DNA of 63,544 bases, filler included, from Collodictyon triciliatum (taxonomy: Eukaryota), in assembly GCA_043381765.1 (NCBI GenBank). It is 11 parts of 11 records of this genome, joined end to end, with 100 filler letters (N's around TTAATTAATTAA, not from the genome) between each part and the next. Parts side by side here need not be neighbours in the genome. Positions count along the whole stretch, not along the records: positions 31,446 to 40,673 come from JBHJMP010004668.1; positions 40,774 to 46,934 come from JBHJMP010004669.1; 9 more parts are not named here. The stretch is one strand, 5' to 3'. Of this stretch, positions 31,557 to 44,100 are shown in pieces. Numbering within the stretch: position 1 is the first letter of the stretch; every line of letters starts with the position of its first letter. Below the pieces are notes generated by a model. It saw only the letters and a list, made by a program, of their open reading frames with translations, did no database searches and was not told where the DNA came from. The position numbers and the translations under genes are program-made.

Positions 31557-33334
31557 ATGAGCGATCCAACACTAGAAGTGTTTCAAACACTTTTCGAGAG
31601 CGAGCAGCAGTGGTGGCCAGCCCTTCCTCAACAAGAAGCCGACCGTCTGCGGTCGAAGGGGTACGACCCACGGGACATGTTCTTCAGTGGGGAGATACTT
31701 TGGTGCCTGAAAGGCCTGAAGCCGGCTGTTCTGTTCTCCGGATTATCTTCTGAACTAGCAGAAGACTATTGCACAAAGGTACATCCATCTGCATTCAATC
31801 TGGTCGAGCACAAACAACAGAACACACCGATACTAGAAAAAAATGCAACATAACAGTAGTTTTGATTAAAAAAAAAAGAAAATAAGAAGCTAATTGTCCC
31901 GGCGGGACTCATAACCATACCTTCCGATGGTAGGATGGTTGTCAAACATAGAATAATCGTGACCGATTTTAACAGGTTTTGCTTCCCAGTGGTGTTATGG
32001 ATCTTGGATTAGATATCATTATGACACCAGCCAGCTTTTCAACTGACTTAACATCAGCTGAGGTTATTTTTTTCTATAAATTTTTTTTTTTTAGCATTTT
32101 AGAGTTGGATGAGTGTATGGTAAAAGTATATTAACCATTAATGGCTTATTCTCTACCTTTACTTCGTGAGTAAATATGTGTTGGGTTAATTATTTTCTTT
32201 GATATTAAACTATAAAATAACTCAATATTGCATTTATACATAAACATATCCTCATAGGATTTGGGCAATGTAATGATTCTCTATAACACCGAACACCCAC
32301 TGGCTACCAAAATTATGGAGATTATCTCACCTGTCTGTCTCTTTAAATGATAACTATATGCATCCATTGAACATAATCAACATCATGCCTATGTGATTAG
32401 AAGTATATATTTTTCTTGTTGATGTGTTGCAATAAACTATGTGAACGTCTGAAGACAATGGCATTTCCAATATAATGAATAACTGTTGAACTCTGTAGGA
32501 TGGAGAGCACGACCTGATATCTGCCAAACAAATAACAGACCTTGTAGCCGCTCTTGATTTTAGTGATGTATTGGGTGAGCTGAAAGAAATTGAAAGAGGA
32601 AACATTGATTTCTTTCTTGAAGATCCTCCTCACACTTCTCGTTCTACGCAGGAAAATTTGTGAGCATTTTTTTTTTACGATAAAAACATATTCTGCGCTA
32701 CCATGTTCTGCAATTTATCTGTACACATCAGGCTATTCCATCATTAATAAACGAATGTTTGCTTTGTAATTTTCTGTTGATTGTCAATCGCGTTCCTTAA
32801 TCACATCATTTCAAAATATAACATGTGAACATATTTTCTGTAACCTCGAAAGAAATGCGCAAGATTCAACATCTGATGAAACCCATGAAAACCGCGTTGT
32901 GAGAACAACTGAAAGGGTGAGTATGAATACATATCTAAATTTTTATATCTTAAAATCCTTTTAAGTAATCAAACAATATGGCCTCAAACAATCCTGCAGG
33001 ACTTATCGCTAGTCCTTGACTATCCAACCACACTCGGAGAGTTTACTGATGTGGTGGAGGTGGCTTACATCGGTCGCTTTACGGAAACCTGGGCTGCACG
33101 ATTCCAAGGTTACAAGGAAAAAGACATCTTGCTGATGACGTACGGCGCAGGGTAACTGAATAATTTTTTTCTTCACAAAACGAAAAGTAAAGAAAGGCAA
33201 GAGCGCACGACTGAATATGACGACACTTTAGCAAGTCTATGGATGAGGATGGTAAAATTCGCACGCACTTTGAGCGCTACAAGAAGACAGTTGAATCCGT
33301 TTTCCAGATGGTCCTTGTGAAAAACGAGATTTGA
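31557..33334 (+). CDS. Uncharacterised protein, 7 exons
   Basis: Phase-consistent GT-AG splicing from MSDPTLEV...GLKPAVLF to LVLDYP...EVAY...LMTYGAG...IRTHFERYKK...KNEI*. No family recognised. Confidence 0.75.
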
Positions 33335-33408
33335 GACGAATAAACTACAAACTACTAATCCCTGTTATAATTATGAGCAACATTTCAATTAATGATAACC
33401 ATCCATAA

Positions 33409-33485
33409 TTTTTTCCCTTTATTCGATTCAAAGTGTAGCGAGGTTATGCCATACAAAGGGGCGGGATGGGAGCGCATGGGAGAGA
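33409..33485 (-). mobile_element. Family A 3' fragment (about 75 bp), antisense, 75 bp after the preceding stop codon
   Basis: Near-identical reverse complement of 4237-4311; no clear TSD. Confidence 0.85.
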
Positions 33486-34170
33486 ATCGCTATTATTGCA
33501 TTTAAAGAATATAACATACTACGATATGTAGAATTACATCTAGATAATATTTTTCAATGCACCTTTCACCTCAGAATCAAACTACCTAAAATTAAGAATA
33601 AAGTGATACAGTACGCATACTGATAAGTAGATATTTGAATAAATATTCATATAAACACCATAAGCTAAAAAAAAAAAAGGAAGGAAGGATGGAAGAGAAA
33701 AGGAAAGAAGGATCAGCCCCCAGCACGCGAGGCTTTGGAAAGAGAGCGTTATCGGCCAGGTTGTAATGACCTGGGTTCGAACCAGCTCCATACTCATTTT
33801 GCAAGGGTTGAAACTCTCCCTGAAAGAAAGCCGAAATGAGTATATGTATGAAGAAAAATCTTGGCATTTCCGAAGCGCGCTTGTCGATCACAGCAAGCAT
33901 GTATTTTTCTTGTGAATGACCCTGGCATTTCCGCCCTGAGATGGTTTGTTTGAATGATTGCGGGGTGGCTGATTTGCATGATCTTTGGGGAGGACTGAAC
34001 CAGGTTTCTTTTTTCAATGATGTGGTTTACTCTTGATTCTTTTCTTATTGCATGTTTTGTCTAGCTTTTCTGCCCTTTGGTAAGATCCACTCTCTTTTTT
34101 TTTTTTTGGAATGAGATGCCCACATCCCAAAGGCGAACAGAGGCTTTTTGTATTTGAAAATTTTTATTAC

Positions 34171-34264
<94 letters not shown>
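34171..34264. repeat. (TAT)n microsatellite
   Basis: Directly visible. Confidence 0.95.
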
Positions 34265-34266
<2 letters not shown>

Positions 34267-34366
34267 GTAATAATTAAAAATATGAGTGACCACCAAAGGA
34301 AAGATGGTTAGGATTAACCCTCGGGATCAGTTTCTGTTTTTCTCACATACAAACGTCGTTCTAGAC

Positions 34367-37300
34367 ATGGAGCCAGACCAAAAGGAGAGAAAGATACTAT
34401 CAGATGCAAGAAAGGGGCTGGGAAATGAAGCCATGAAAGGTGATTAATGACATGATGTATTCCTCTAAACCATGAAACCCAAAGCCCAGTGAAATATTTT
34501 GTTGCTCTTGGCGAGATCCAGTCATGATCAAGTTTTACATACTTCTCTCCCTTTTTCTCCCTTTCTTTTTTCCATTTCGCTGCAATAGGTCAGTGAATTT
34601 TTCTTATCTTTTCTGTATTGTATCCCCGGAACACTTTAATCACCCTGAATTCACTTCTCCGGAGTTACATAAGCTATTTTGATTTTCCAACAAGCCAAAC
34701 TATTAATCAATTGACTAAAACTTTATGAATCATAATCTTTCATTTTCATTTCAAGACTCTTTTATATTGTTGTGTTATAGAAGAAAAAAATAAACATAGA
34801 GAAGATATATTGATTCAAGAACCACACTCTGTCAAAGAAAAAATCGGCGACTGACAAACCTATACCATGAACCACAATTTTATTCGAACCCCTGCAGCTC
34901 ACCGGTTTGAGCAAGCCATCAAGTTTTACACAGAAGCCATCGAACTTTTTTCTGGTAGCCCAATTTTATGGAGCAACCGCTCTCAGGCTCACATTAAGAT
35001 GGAGGAGTATGCGCTCGCTGTTGAGGATGCCACAGAGTCTATCAGAGTTGATGGATCATACTTAAAGGTACATGCAAGGTTTTTTAAAATCTAAACTATC
35101 TGATATGAGACTTAATTGCACGTTGGTGTGGAATATAGGGGTATTATCGAAGGGGTACAGCATACATGGGGCTATCAAAATATTCTGAGGCTCTGGAAGA
35201 TTTCAAATACGTATGTTAAATGCAGTCTCCTAATTTCATTTGAGGGTGCTAAAGTCCTTTTGTACTGTATATAAAAGTATGAACTACCAAGATATAAATG
35301 AAGATACATATCATGTGGTATTTTCTTGCTTCAAAGGTGCCTATATATGCTGTTTTTTTTTAAAAAAAAAATTAGATTGAGCCATATCTGTTTAATAGAT
35401 CCAAATACATGTCCCAAATGACGGTGAAAACGAAAAGAAAATTATAGAATGTCAGAGATTAATTGCAGAAGCTGCTGGAGATGCAGACGCCGAGACAGAG
35501 CGCCACGCTCATCCTCACCATGTTGATACTTCTCAAATTTGTATGCTTATCTCTAATCACATGTGACACATTTAATTTATCTTATATAATTCAGTTAAAG
35601 GAAAAAAATCTTATATAATTCAGTAAATACTGGATTACATACTCTATCTAATTAATTTTGGTATGTGTATTCGATAAAATGATCTCAATGAAGTGGTGGG
35701 AGAAGGTTACGATGGACCTCATGTCGGTACCTCTGGAATAACGCTCGATTTTGTCAAGCAACTGATGGTCTATCAGAAGAATCAAAAAAACATACACAAG
35801 AGGTATTATTACGATACTTGAAACATAGTTCATATCATATAGTTAATCACATCAAAATCGTCACATAGTCATCGGTCCTTGTTTTTTTTCTTTTTCTTCT
35901 TCTTCTTCTAGATATGTTAGTCTGATTATTGAAACTGCTGAGAACATTTTCGCCAGTCAACCTTCTTTGATCGATATTGAGTACGTTGAAAATCAAATGC
36001 ATTTCAATACCTAGATATGGGATAATAAATGTTTTGTGTGGTATATTTATTCTTAAATAAAAAAATTGGAATACTTAAGATGGAAAATAACAGAATCCCT
36101 GAAGGGGGTCGATTTACCGTCTGTGGAGACATTCATGGGCAATATTATGACCTCTTAAACATTTTTGAATTGAATGGGCTACCTTCAGAGGAAAATGTAA
36201 CTAACTGCTTGAATACATTTGTCTGGCCTCCCGAGAAACTTCACCTAAATTGGACTCAATATCTTATTATTTCATTACACAGTATTCATTTATCTGTTTG
36301 CTTGCTTACATGTATGTTATTCAGCCATACCTTTTCAACGGCGATTTTGTTGACAGAGGCTCATTTTCAGTCGAAGTTAGTGCTATACAATCATTTTTTC
36401 TCCAGATTTTGTGTAACTACATTCCTGATCATCTAAACAACGTGTTATATTATCTCAAACAGTTATCTAATTTTGTGTGAATCCCAAAAGGTCATCTTAC
36501 TCCTTCTGGCATTCAAAGTTCTTTATCCAAACCACTTTTTTATGGCCAGGGGTAATCATGAAAGTAGAAACCTCAACAGAATGTATGGATTTGAAGGGGA
36601 AGTTAAGCATAAGTAAATCACTGAACTAGCAATTATATATAGCAGATAATAGTACCATATAGAGTGGCTCGTTTAAATTATTAAAGACATATGCCACATA
36701 TCATATTTCAATATACTTTATATACAGACTGGAAATTGAATATCCTTTATCTCCCTCTTTGATGTCATTTCGTATTGCTCGATAAAATATGGAACGCATG
36801 CTATAAATGTCACATTTTCTATTGATTTAGGTACGACCAAGAAATATTCGACCTGTTCCTACAACTCTTTTGTCAGCTCCCTTTGGCCCATGTTCTCAAC
36901 CAAAAGGTACTGTCATGGAATCTTCCTACTGTGACAATTTATTAAATGTGTATATATATGTGTGTCAGAAACTCAATGCTGATTTTTTTTAAAAAAAATC
37001 ATCATCATCATCATCATATCGCCATTTCAATCTGCACAAAGTGGTAGAGATTGAGCAAGATAGAGCCGTGATTCACATTTCAAATGTTTACGTACCTTAA
37101 GTGCACCATTTACTCATATTCATTCTTACCTTACGCACAACGTAAATATGACAGGTTTTTGTTGTTCATGGTGGCCTCTGCAAAAATGATGGGATTACAC
37201 TGGAACAAATACGCTCTGTAGACAGGAACAGGGAACCTCCAGATCAAGGTTCGAAGATGATATTGGAGGAAAATTAACAATTTATATCGCAAGGAAAATT

Positions 37301-38546
37301 TCATGCTCTTTACCACTATTATAAAAACTATTTATATTTCATCATTTATTCTTTATTCCTTGGTCCTGCACAAAGTTGAAAGGAAGAATAAAAAAATCAT
37401 TTACTATTTATTCTTTACTCTTTACTCTTTACTCTTTACTCTTTACTCTTTACTCTTTACTCTTTACTCTTTATTCTTTATTCTTTATTCTTTATTCCTT
37501 ATTCTTTACTCTTTACTCTTTACTCTTTACTCTTTACTCTTTACTCTTTACTCTTTACTCTTTACTCTTTACTCTTTATTCTTTATTCTTTATTCTTTAT
37601 TCTTTATTCTTTACTNNNNNNNNNNNNNNNNNNNNNNNNNNNNNNNNNNNNNNNNNNNNNNNNNNNNNNNNNNNNNNNNNNNNNNNNNNNNNNNNNNNNN
37701 NNNNNNNNNNNNNNNNNNNNNNNNNNNNNNNNNNNNNNNNNNNNNNNNNNNNNNNNNNNNNNNNNNNNNNNNNNNNNNNNNNNNNNNNNNNNNNNNNNNN
37801 NNNNNNNNNNNNNNNNNNNNNNNNNNNNNNNNNNNNNNNNNNNNNNNNNNNNNNNNNNNNNNNNNNNNNNNNNNNNNNNNNNNNNNNNNNNNNNNNNNNN
37901 NNNNNNNNNNNNNNNNNNNNNNNNNNNNNNNNNNNNNNNNNNNNNNNNNNNNNNNNNNNNNNNNNNNNNNNNNNNNNNNNNNNNNNNNNNNNNNNNNNNN
38001 NNNNNNNNNNNNNNNNNNNNNNNNNNNNNNNNNNNNNNNNNNNNNNNNNNNNNNNNNTTACTCTTTACTCTTTACTCTTTACTCTTTACTCTTTACTCTT
38101 TACTCTTTACTCTTTACTCTTTACTCTTTACTCTTTACTCTTTACTCTTTATTCTTTATTCTTTATTCTCTCTTTCAATCACTGCAAGGTTGGGTGTTCA
38201 AGTTATTATCAATATCTGTATGAAATTAATGCAGAGTTTATCCAAATTTAATAATATTTTTTTGGTCATGATAGGAATCATGTGTGACTTGTTGTGGTCT
38301 GACCCTTCTCCTTACAATGGGCGAATGATGAGCAAGCGGGGGGTCGGAGTTCAATTCGGACCTGATGTCACAAAACGATTCTTGGAACAAAATAACTTGG
38401 GTGGGCGTATTTAACACTTGACGAATTACTCTGTGTTACGGTGTTCGTTCATTTTTTTTATTCTTCCTTTCAATTTTGTGCAGAATGGTGGACGGTGTTC
38501 GTTCATTATTTATTTATTCTTTTCAATTTGTGCAAAATTATCTAGT

Positions 38547-38580
<34 letters not shown>

Positions 38581-39312
38581 CATCGCTATCGTTATGGCAT
38601 TTTGTTAAGCTATTATTTTGTCCATGATTAAATAACTTTTGTCCATTTCTTACCCCTTTCTTACATATATGTGTATTGAGAAAATTAATAGCGTCTTTGT
38701 ATCACTCACCTACATATTTTCTTAGAGCTTATCGTGAGAAGCCATGAAGTGAAATTTAATGGATATGAGGGTTAGTTAGACGAGAATGTACTATTTGATG
38801 CCTTGACACTCTATAATCGAATAGCCTTCGCTAAAACAGCGTCATAATTCTTTTTAATCCTCCCTAGTGGAAGCTGATGGTCGGCTGGTCACTGTTTTCA
38901 GTGCTCCCAATTATTGTGATCAGGTTTTGCCTTTATTTGTTTTGCTCATTTGTGATGTTATTTTTTTTTTCATCAGCTCTAAATATATTGTAATAATAAC
39001 TAGATGGGCAATAAAGGAGCATACATTGTTTTTGACCACAATTGCATCCCCGTTTACAAAACATTTGATGCTGTCGTAGGATTTACTTCTCTTTTTATAA
39101 ATAGAAAAAACGTAGTGAACAAATGATATCCGAAATATTCTATGGAATGTAATTCTTACATGATAAAAGGATGGCCCAGATTGTTGAAAGGATATAAATA
39201 AAGTAACGGTTTCTCTATTATTCTGCTGATATCGGTATTTATAAAACAATAGCCCCATCCGTATGTTCCACCGATGAGATTCGCATCCATATTTGGGCTC
39301 TTTGGGATGTAA
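34367..39312 (+). CDS. PPP5C: Serine/threonine protein phosphatase 5 (TPR + PPP catalytic domain), about 17 exons
   Basis: TPR helices ([11 protein letters not shown]...[14 protein letters not shown]...GYYRRG), [83 protein letters not shown]. Confidence 0.95.
35579..35624 (+). mobile_element. Minimal family A insertion (TAAAGG-A6, 12 nt) with perfect 17-bp TSD, in a PP5 intron
   Basis: ATCTTATATAATTCAGT at 35579-35595 and 35608-35624. Confidence 0.75.
37341..37413 (+). mobile_element. Family B micro-insertion (TCCTGCACAAAGTTGAAAGGAAGAAT-An) with 18-bp imperfect TSD, in a PP5 intron
   Basis: ATCATTTATTCTTTATTC (37341-37358) and ATCATTTACTATTTATTC (37396-37413); the insert matches 52135-52168. 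Confidence 0.75.
37405..38170. repeat. (TTTACTC/TTTATTC)n array spanning an N gap, in a PP5 intron
   Basis: Directly visible on both sides of gap 37616-38057. Confidence 0.95.
38438..38507 (-). mobile_element. Family B micro-insertion (38 nt) with perfect 16-bp TSD, in a PP5 intron; a decayed second copy follows at 38508-38538
   Basis: ACGGTGTTCGTTCATT at 38438-38453 and 38492-38507 flank the reverse complement of CCACCATTCTGCACAAAATTGAAAGGAAGAAT-An. Confidence 0.9.
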
Positions 39313-39647
39313 CCTAGACAATCGGACATAGACCCAATTTAAAAATACAAGGATTGAAACCCATTCGTCGCACGTAAAAAAGAAAAAATCGCTTCGTATA
39401 ATGACATCACATGAGACCTGTTTACAACCCCATTCATAAACACCGCGTCCAATTAGGGGAAGGCCCTATCAACAAACGAAATTTGTTACTTTCGTTTGTT
39501 TTGTATCACATTTTTACACAGTATTGAGATTTGTATTGTAATGCTCGACTATTCAAGAATTATTTATAAACCCACAAAAAATGTGGAGGGTGAGAGGATA
39601 CTTTATTTAAAAATAAGTATTTCTTCCTCAACACAAATCGAGTTTTC

Positions 39648-39704
39648 TTTTTTAATTTTCCCTTTCAATTTTTGCGAGATTTCGGAGGGTTTGGCTTTGG
39701 TCTG
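39648..39704 (-). mobile_element. Older family B fragment
   Basis: TTTTCCCTTTCAATTTTTGCGAGATTTCGGAGGGTTTGGCTTTGGT aligns to the reverse complement of 52112-52168; decayed TSD CACAAATCGAGTT / CACAAGACGAGTT. Confidence 0.6.
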
Positions 39705-39719
39705 CACAAGACGAGTTGC

Positions 39720-39809
39720 TTTTTTTTCTCTTTTCGATTCAAAATGAAACAGGGTTATGCCGTACAAGAGGTGAAATACGTACCCATGGTAGATAGCAAA
39801 CGCGAGTAG
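39720..39809 (-). mobile_element. Older family A fragment (about 90 bp) of the 51749-type subfamily
   Basis: TTCGATTCAAAATGAAACAGGGTTATGCCGTACAAGAGG...AGCAAACGCGAGTAG aligns to 51757-51832. Confidence 0.8.
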
Positions 39810-39868
39810 TTCATGTAAAAAAAAAAGATGATACATGCAATGATGAGTCCCATAAGGTTTGCTATGTA

Positions 39869-39931
39869 GTTGAATGATTTTTTTTTTCCTTTATTCGATT
39901 CAAAGTTTAGCGAGGATACGGTTGTATGATT
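39869..39931 (-). mobile_element. Family A insertion (about 41 nt) with 11-bp TSD
   Basis: GTTGAATGATT (39869-39879) and GTTGTATGATT (39921-39931) flank Tn-CCTTTATTCGATTCAAAGTTTAGCGAGGATACG. Confidence 0.85.
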
Positions 39932-40854
39932 AATTTGGTCTCTGAGCACTTCAGACGCAAAACTCTTGGAAACACACCAGCATGCATTTCTTTTTTCTTT
40001 TTTATTAGCTCGCCACTAAACTCATTACCCACTGCGATTGTGAGCTGGAGCCTTGGAAAATTTCTTAACCGAGCTGTATTAATATTTTTCTTTTTTTTTA
40101 AACTGAATCCAATCACTTGAGCCTGGCTTTCCCAAGCTCAAATCCTCGCGTATCATTTTTACATTTATCTAGGGTGAGAGACGAGACTTTGAGATGCATA
40201 CCATAGTAGCTGCATCGCTTTGCAAGACTTTTGCGGCGCCCTCATCCTCTGCTCCACAGAACGGGCTTTCGTTACAAGTTTATACGATGGAAATAATACG
40301 ATAATTTTTCAATGGAATTGTAGTGCTGTCGTTACTTTTCCAAAATCGGTCTTGAAAACGGCTTCCTTTATTGGACAAAATCACTGCAAATTCCGCCAGA
40401 CAAAGGCCAAGGCAGAAGGGATCAGAGGATCAGTCTCTCGAGCTGCACTGGTCTTGAGCCTCGCAGGAAACTTGAGTTCGTCTTTGCCAACGGCCTCGTC
40501 TGCTCTCTGGCTAGAAACTACATGTCGCTGAGGATGGCTATGTCCATACATAATGCACAAGTTCTATGTATGTAAAGTAGGGAAGCGATTTGGAGAGATA
40601 AAAGGATCACACTGCTATTTTTTTTTTTTTTCAGTCCTACGCAAAAATGGGCTGCGAGGGTCATTAGCTCGCTNNNNNNNNNNNNNNNNNNNNNNNNNNN
40701 NNNNNNNNNNNNNNNNNTTAATTAATTAANNNNNNNNNNNNNNNNNNNNNNNNNNNNNNNNNNNNNNNNNNNNTCTTTCTCTTTCTCTTTCTCTTTCTCT
40801 TTCTCTTTCTCTTTCTCTTTCTCTTTCTCTTTCTCTTTCTCTTTCTCTTTCTCT

Positions 40855-40899
<45 letters not shown>

Positions 40900-41189
40900 T
40901 CTCTATTCTCTTCTCTCTTCTCTTTTCTCTCTCCTCTCTTTTCTCTCTTTTCTCTCTTTTCTCTCTTTTCTCTCTTTTCTCTCCTCCTATCTCTCCCTAT
41001 CTCTCCCTATCCCCTTCCCTCCCTCCCCCTCCCCATTCCCGTTTCATTTCCTTCCATCCTAATCATTTCTTTCCACCCTGACATCTTCCTCGTGCGATTC
41101 CCGCATTCATACATATACTGTAATTATTTTGCCCTTGCAAATGGATTTCTACGGTTCAGGATTATTCATATTAATGAATTATCGCATAG

Positions 41190-44100
41190 TGTGTTGTGAT
41201 TGCCTTGGTTGGAGTCATCTTCTATGCTGAGCTTGCTCGTGGCCAATGTACCATCCCAGCCATCGACTCATTCGGTTTGCGTCTGAATGCCGACTTGTCG
41301 ATCGCCCAGTGCTTACCGTCAACTATGGTGGCTCAGCCGCCTGGGCTATCCAAGTCTGTGATGACCTTGATGCCCGAGCACAAGATCCCTGCGCCCGAAA
41401 TCATCAGCCTCAGCAACGACCCCAACCTCGTCTTCGAAACGCAAGGCACCCTCTACCTCACCTTTGTGGTAGCTAGCACCGTCTACCGCAACACCGTCGG
41501 GTACTTCGTCGTGGATGAGAGAGAAAATATCATCTCTCGTAACGTCCTTTTTCCAGACGTCCACATTTACTCAACCATCGTGACCACCGGACGCACCGTC
41601 CAGATAGGACCGTTTTCTCCCGGTAGACGTGTTGGATTTTTCCTTATTGAGAATGGTTACATCAACAAGTTCTGGACCACGAACCTCGACAGCCAGACTT
41701 ACTATACCATTTGGACGAAAAATCCAGACGGAAAGCAACACGTTGGAGTCTTCACTGACAGCTTGACCGGAAAAGTCATGGTTGGGTTTGAGAACATGTA
41801 CAATGTTGGAAATTCAGACTACAACGACTTTGTCTTTTTTGTGACTATCGACGGGAAGGTCAAGGATAACCTCATCCCCACCTATCTACTTGTCACCACC
41901 CCTATGAACACCGACGTCAGATTCACTCTGCAACTCAGCGCCGGGGCAGCAAAATCAACGTCATTCGCGTCTCTTCCATCCAGGGGCATTCTATATCAGG
42001 TAAATGCTGATGGAACCAAGGGAGCGTCAATATCGTCTACGGCAGCATCCATTACGAACGCTAACCTTTATCTCATCTTCACCCCAACGAGAAGCACTTA
42101 CGGAGCACCCCATACAACCTTTGTTGTCACAGAGCGCCTCGTGACTGGACAGGTCATACCGGTCAATGTCCGTATCGACGTCCTATCTTATGCACCATAC
42201 GCACCAACCCCTCTTCCAGCATCAGTCACGACCACTGCCGCAAAAGCTACTGTCATCCAACTCACAGGCAGTGATGCCAACAACCTGAACCTTTTTGCCA
42301 CAGTTGCATCCCTTCCGTTTCGAGGGACACTGTTCCAGTACAACGCTAATGGTGGCATTGGCACCCAAATTACAGTAATTAATACGGCTGTAACTGACAC
42401 TGCAAATCGTCTCTATTACAGGAGCACCGACCAATTCATCACATCGCCTACATCCGACAACTTTCTATTCAAGATGACCAACAACTTGGTTATGTCAGGA
42501 AATGCTCAGATAAGCATCACGGTGAACACTAGGGAAAACATCCCACCAGCCTCTTCCTCGGTGACCATCACCATCGACCAAAATTCTAGTGGCTTTATCG
42601 ATATCATCGCATCTGATGCAAATAATGACATTATAACTGTTACGGTGACCACTATTCCAGCGAATGGGCAAATATTCCCAGTTCCTGATGGAATTTCACG
42701 TGGCAGCCGCATCACGAGCCCGGGAATTATTCTACCAAGCTGGTCAGCAAATTCCTGGCGTGTTTCTGCTGTGCCCAACACGAATGCCTATGGAACATCA
42801 TTAATGACGTTCCAATTTGCTGCTCGAGACTTTCTCGCATCCAGCACGTATACTGCAACTGTTAACGTTAATTTTGTGAACCAGCCACCTGTATCCGCAC
42901 CTGTAGTACTTACCATTCAGGAGAGCAGTACAGCAAATTCCATATCCAGCCCACTATGGACAGTTCATACCAACTGTGATATCGACAATTCGGTTACTGC
43001 ACTATCTGTCACAATTATTTCACTCCCTCAATTTGGGACTCTCTCCGAAAACACCGGAGCTGTGATTACTGCATCCTCCCTACCTCGCAGCTTTGCGAAC
43101 AATGCTCAACTTGTCTACACGCCGCCGTATATCGGGTATGGGGCGCCGTTCACAACATTCACCTTTCGCATCACTGACAATCGCGGAGGTATTTCTGCAA
43201 CAAACACTTACTCGATCAATGTCAACCATGTGAATCATGCACCATCTGCGAATGTGCCGCCATCGGTGACGACTAATCTGAACACTCCTGTTTCAATCGT
43301 GATTACTGGGCAGGATTTGGATGTTGGAGACACAATGACATTTTCTGTGACATCGATGCCGACCAGGGCAGGGTCTCTACTAAGACTCGGAGGAAGCACA
43401 GTCGCCGCAAACACACAGTACGCTCTACCATCATCCGGAGCTACCCTGACATATACGCCAGCTCCCAACCAGCACTATACTGGCGAACAAATCACAGTTC
43501 GAGTGAGCGATAACAGCCTGGCAAGCGACACCAAGACGATCGACATCGCTGTCAACTATGTGAACCTGGTACCAGTAGCACAACCTCAAAGTGTCAGTAC
43601 CAAGGAGGACATAGCGGTCAGTATTACACTTGCAGCTACAGATGCAAACGAGCCAGCCGAGCCACTGACATACACAATCCGCACACTCCCTGCACGAGGA
43701 ACGCTGACGTTCAACGGACAAACCATCAACACGGTTCCGTTCTCGCTCGGGTCATCCAAGGTGGTTGCGTTCAGCAACACACCCTACACATTCGGCAGCC
43801 CGTATGCCACGTTTACTTTTACAGCGAACGACGGGAAAGCGGACTCGAGTCCATCGACTGTAACTGTATCTGTCGAGCACGTGAATCACCCACCTGTCAT
43901 TATCACATCGGCTACAAAATTGGAGGCGACCACCGGCCAAGAAGTTCCGTTCGTAGTAATAGCCCAAGACTTTGACTTTAACGATGAATTGAGCGTTACA
44001 ATTCAACCAAGATATCCGCAAAATGGCAAATTCTTTTTCAGTGGAATTGAAATAGATTTTACAAAATCAATAATATGTGACAATTATGAGGCGTTGAACC

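Noticed and set aside
31893-31950. tRNA-like 3' half on the minus strand (GGTTATGAGTCCCGCCGGGAC) in an intron
   Set aside because: T-loop is corrupted and no 5' half is recognisable; at most a relic.
33745-33792. GGTTCGAACC B-box-like motif
   Set aside because: I could not fold a cloverleaf or find a convincing A-box; not called as tRNA.
39471-39500. 11-bp hairpin AACAAACGAAA/TTTCGTTTGTT after PP5
   Set aside because: Single AT-rich stem, plausible by chance.
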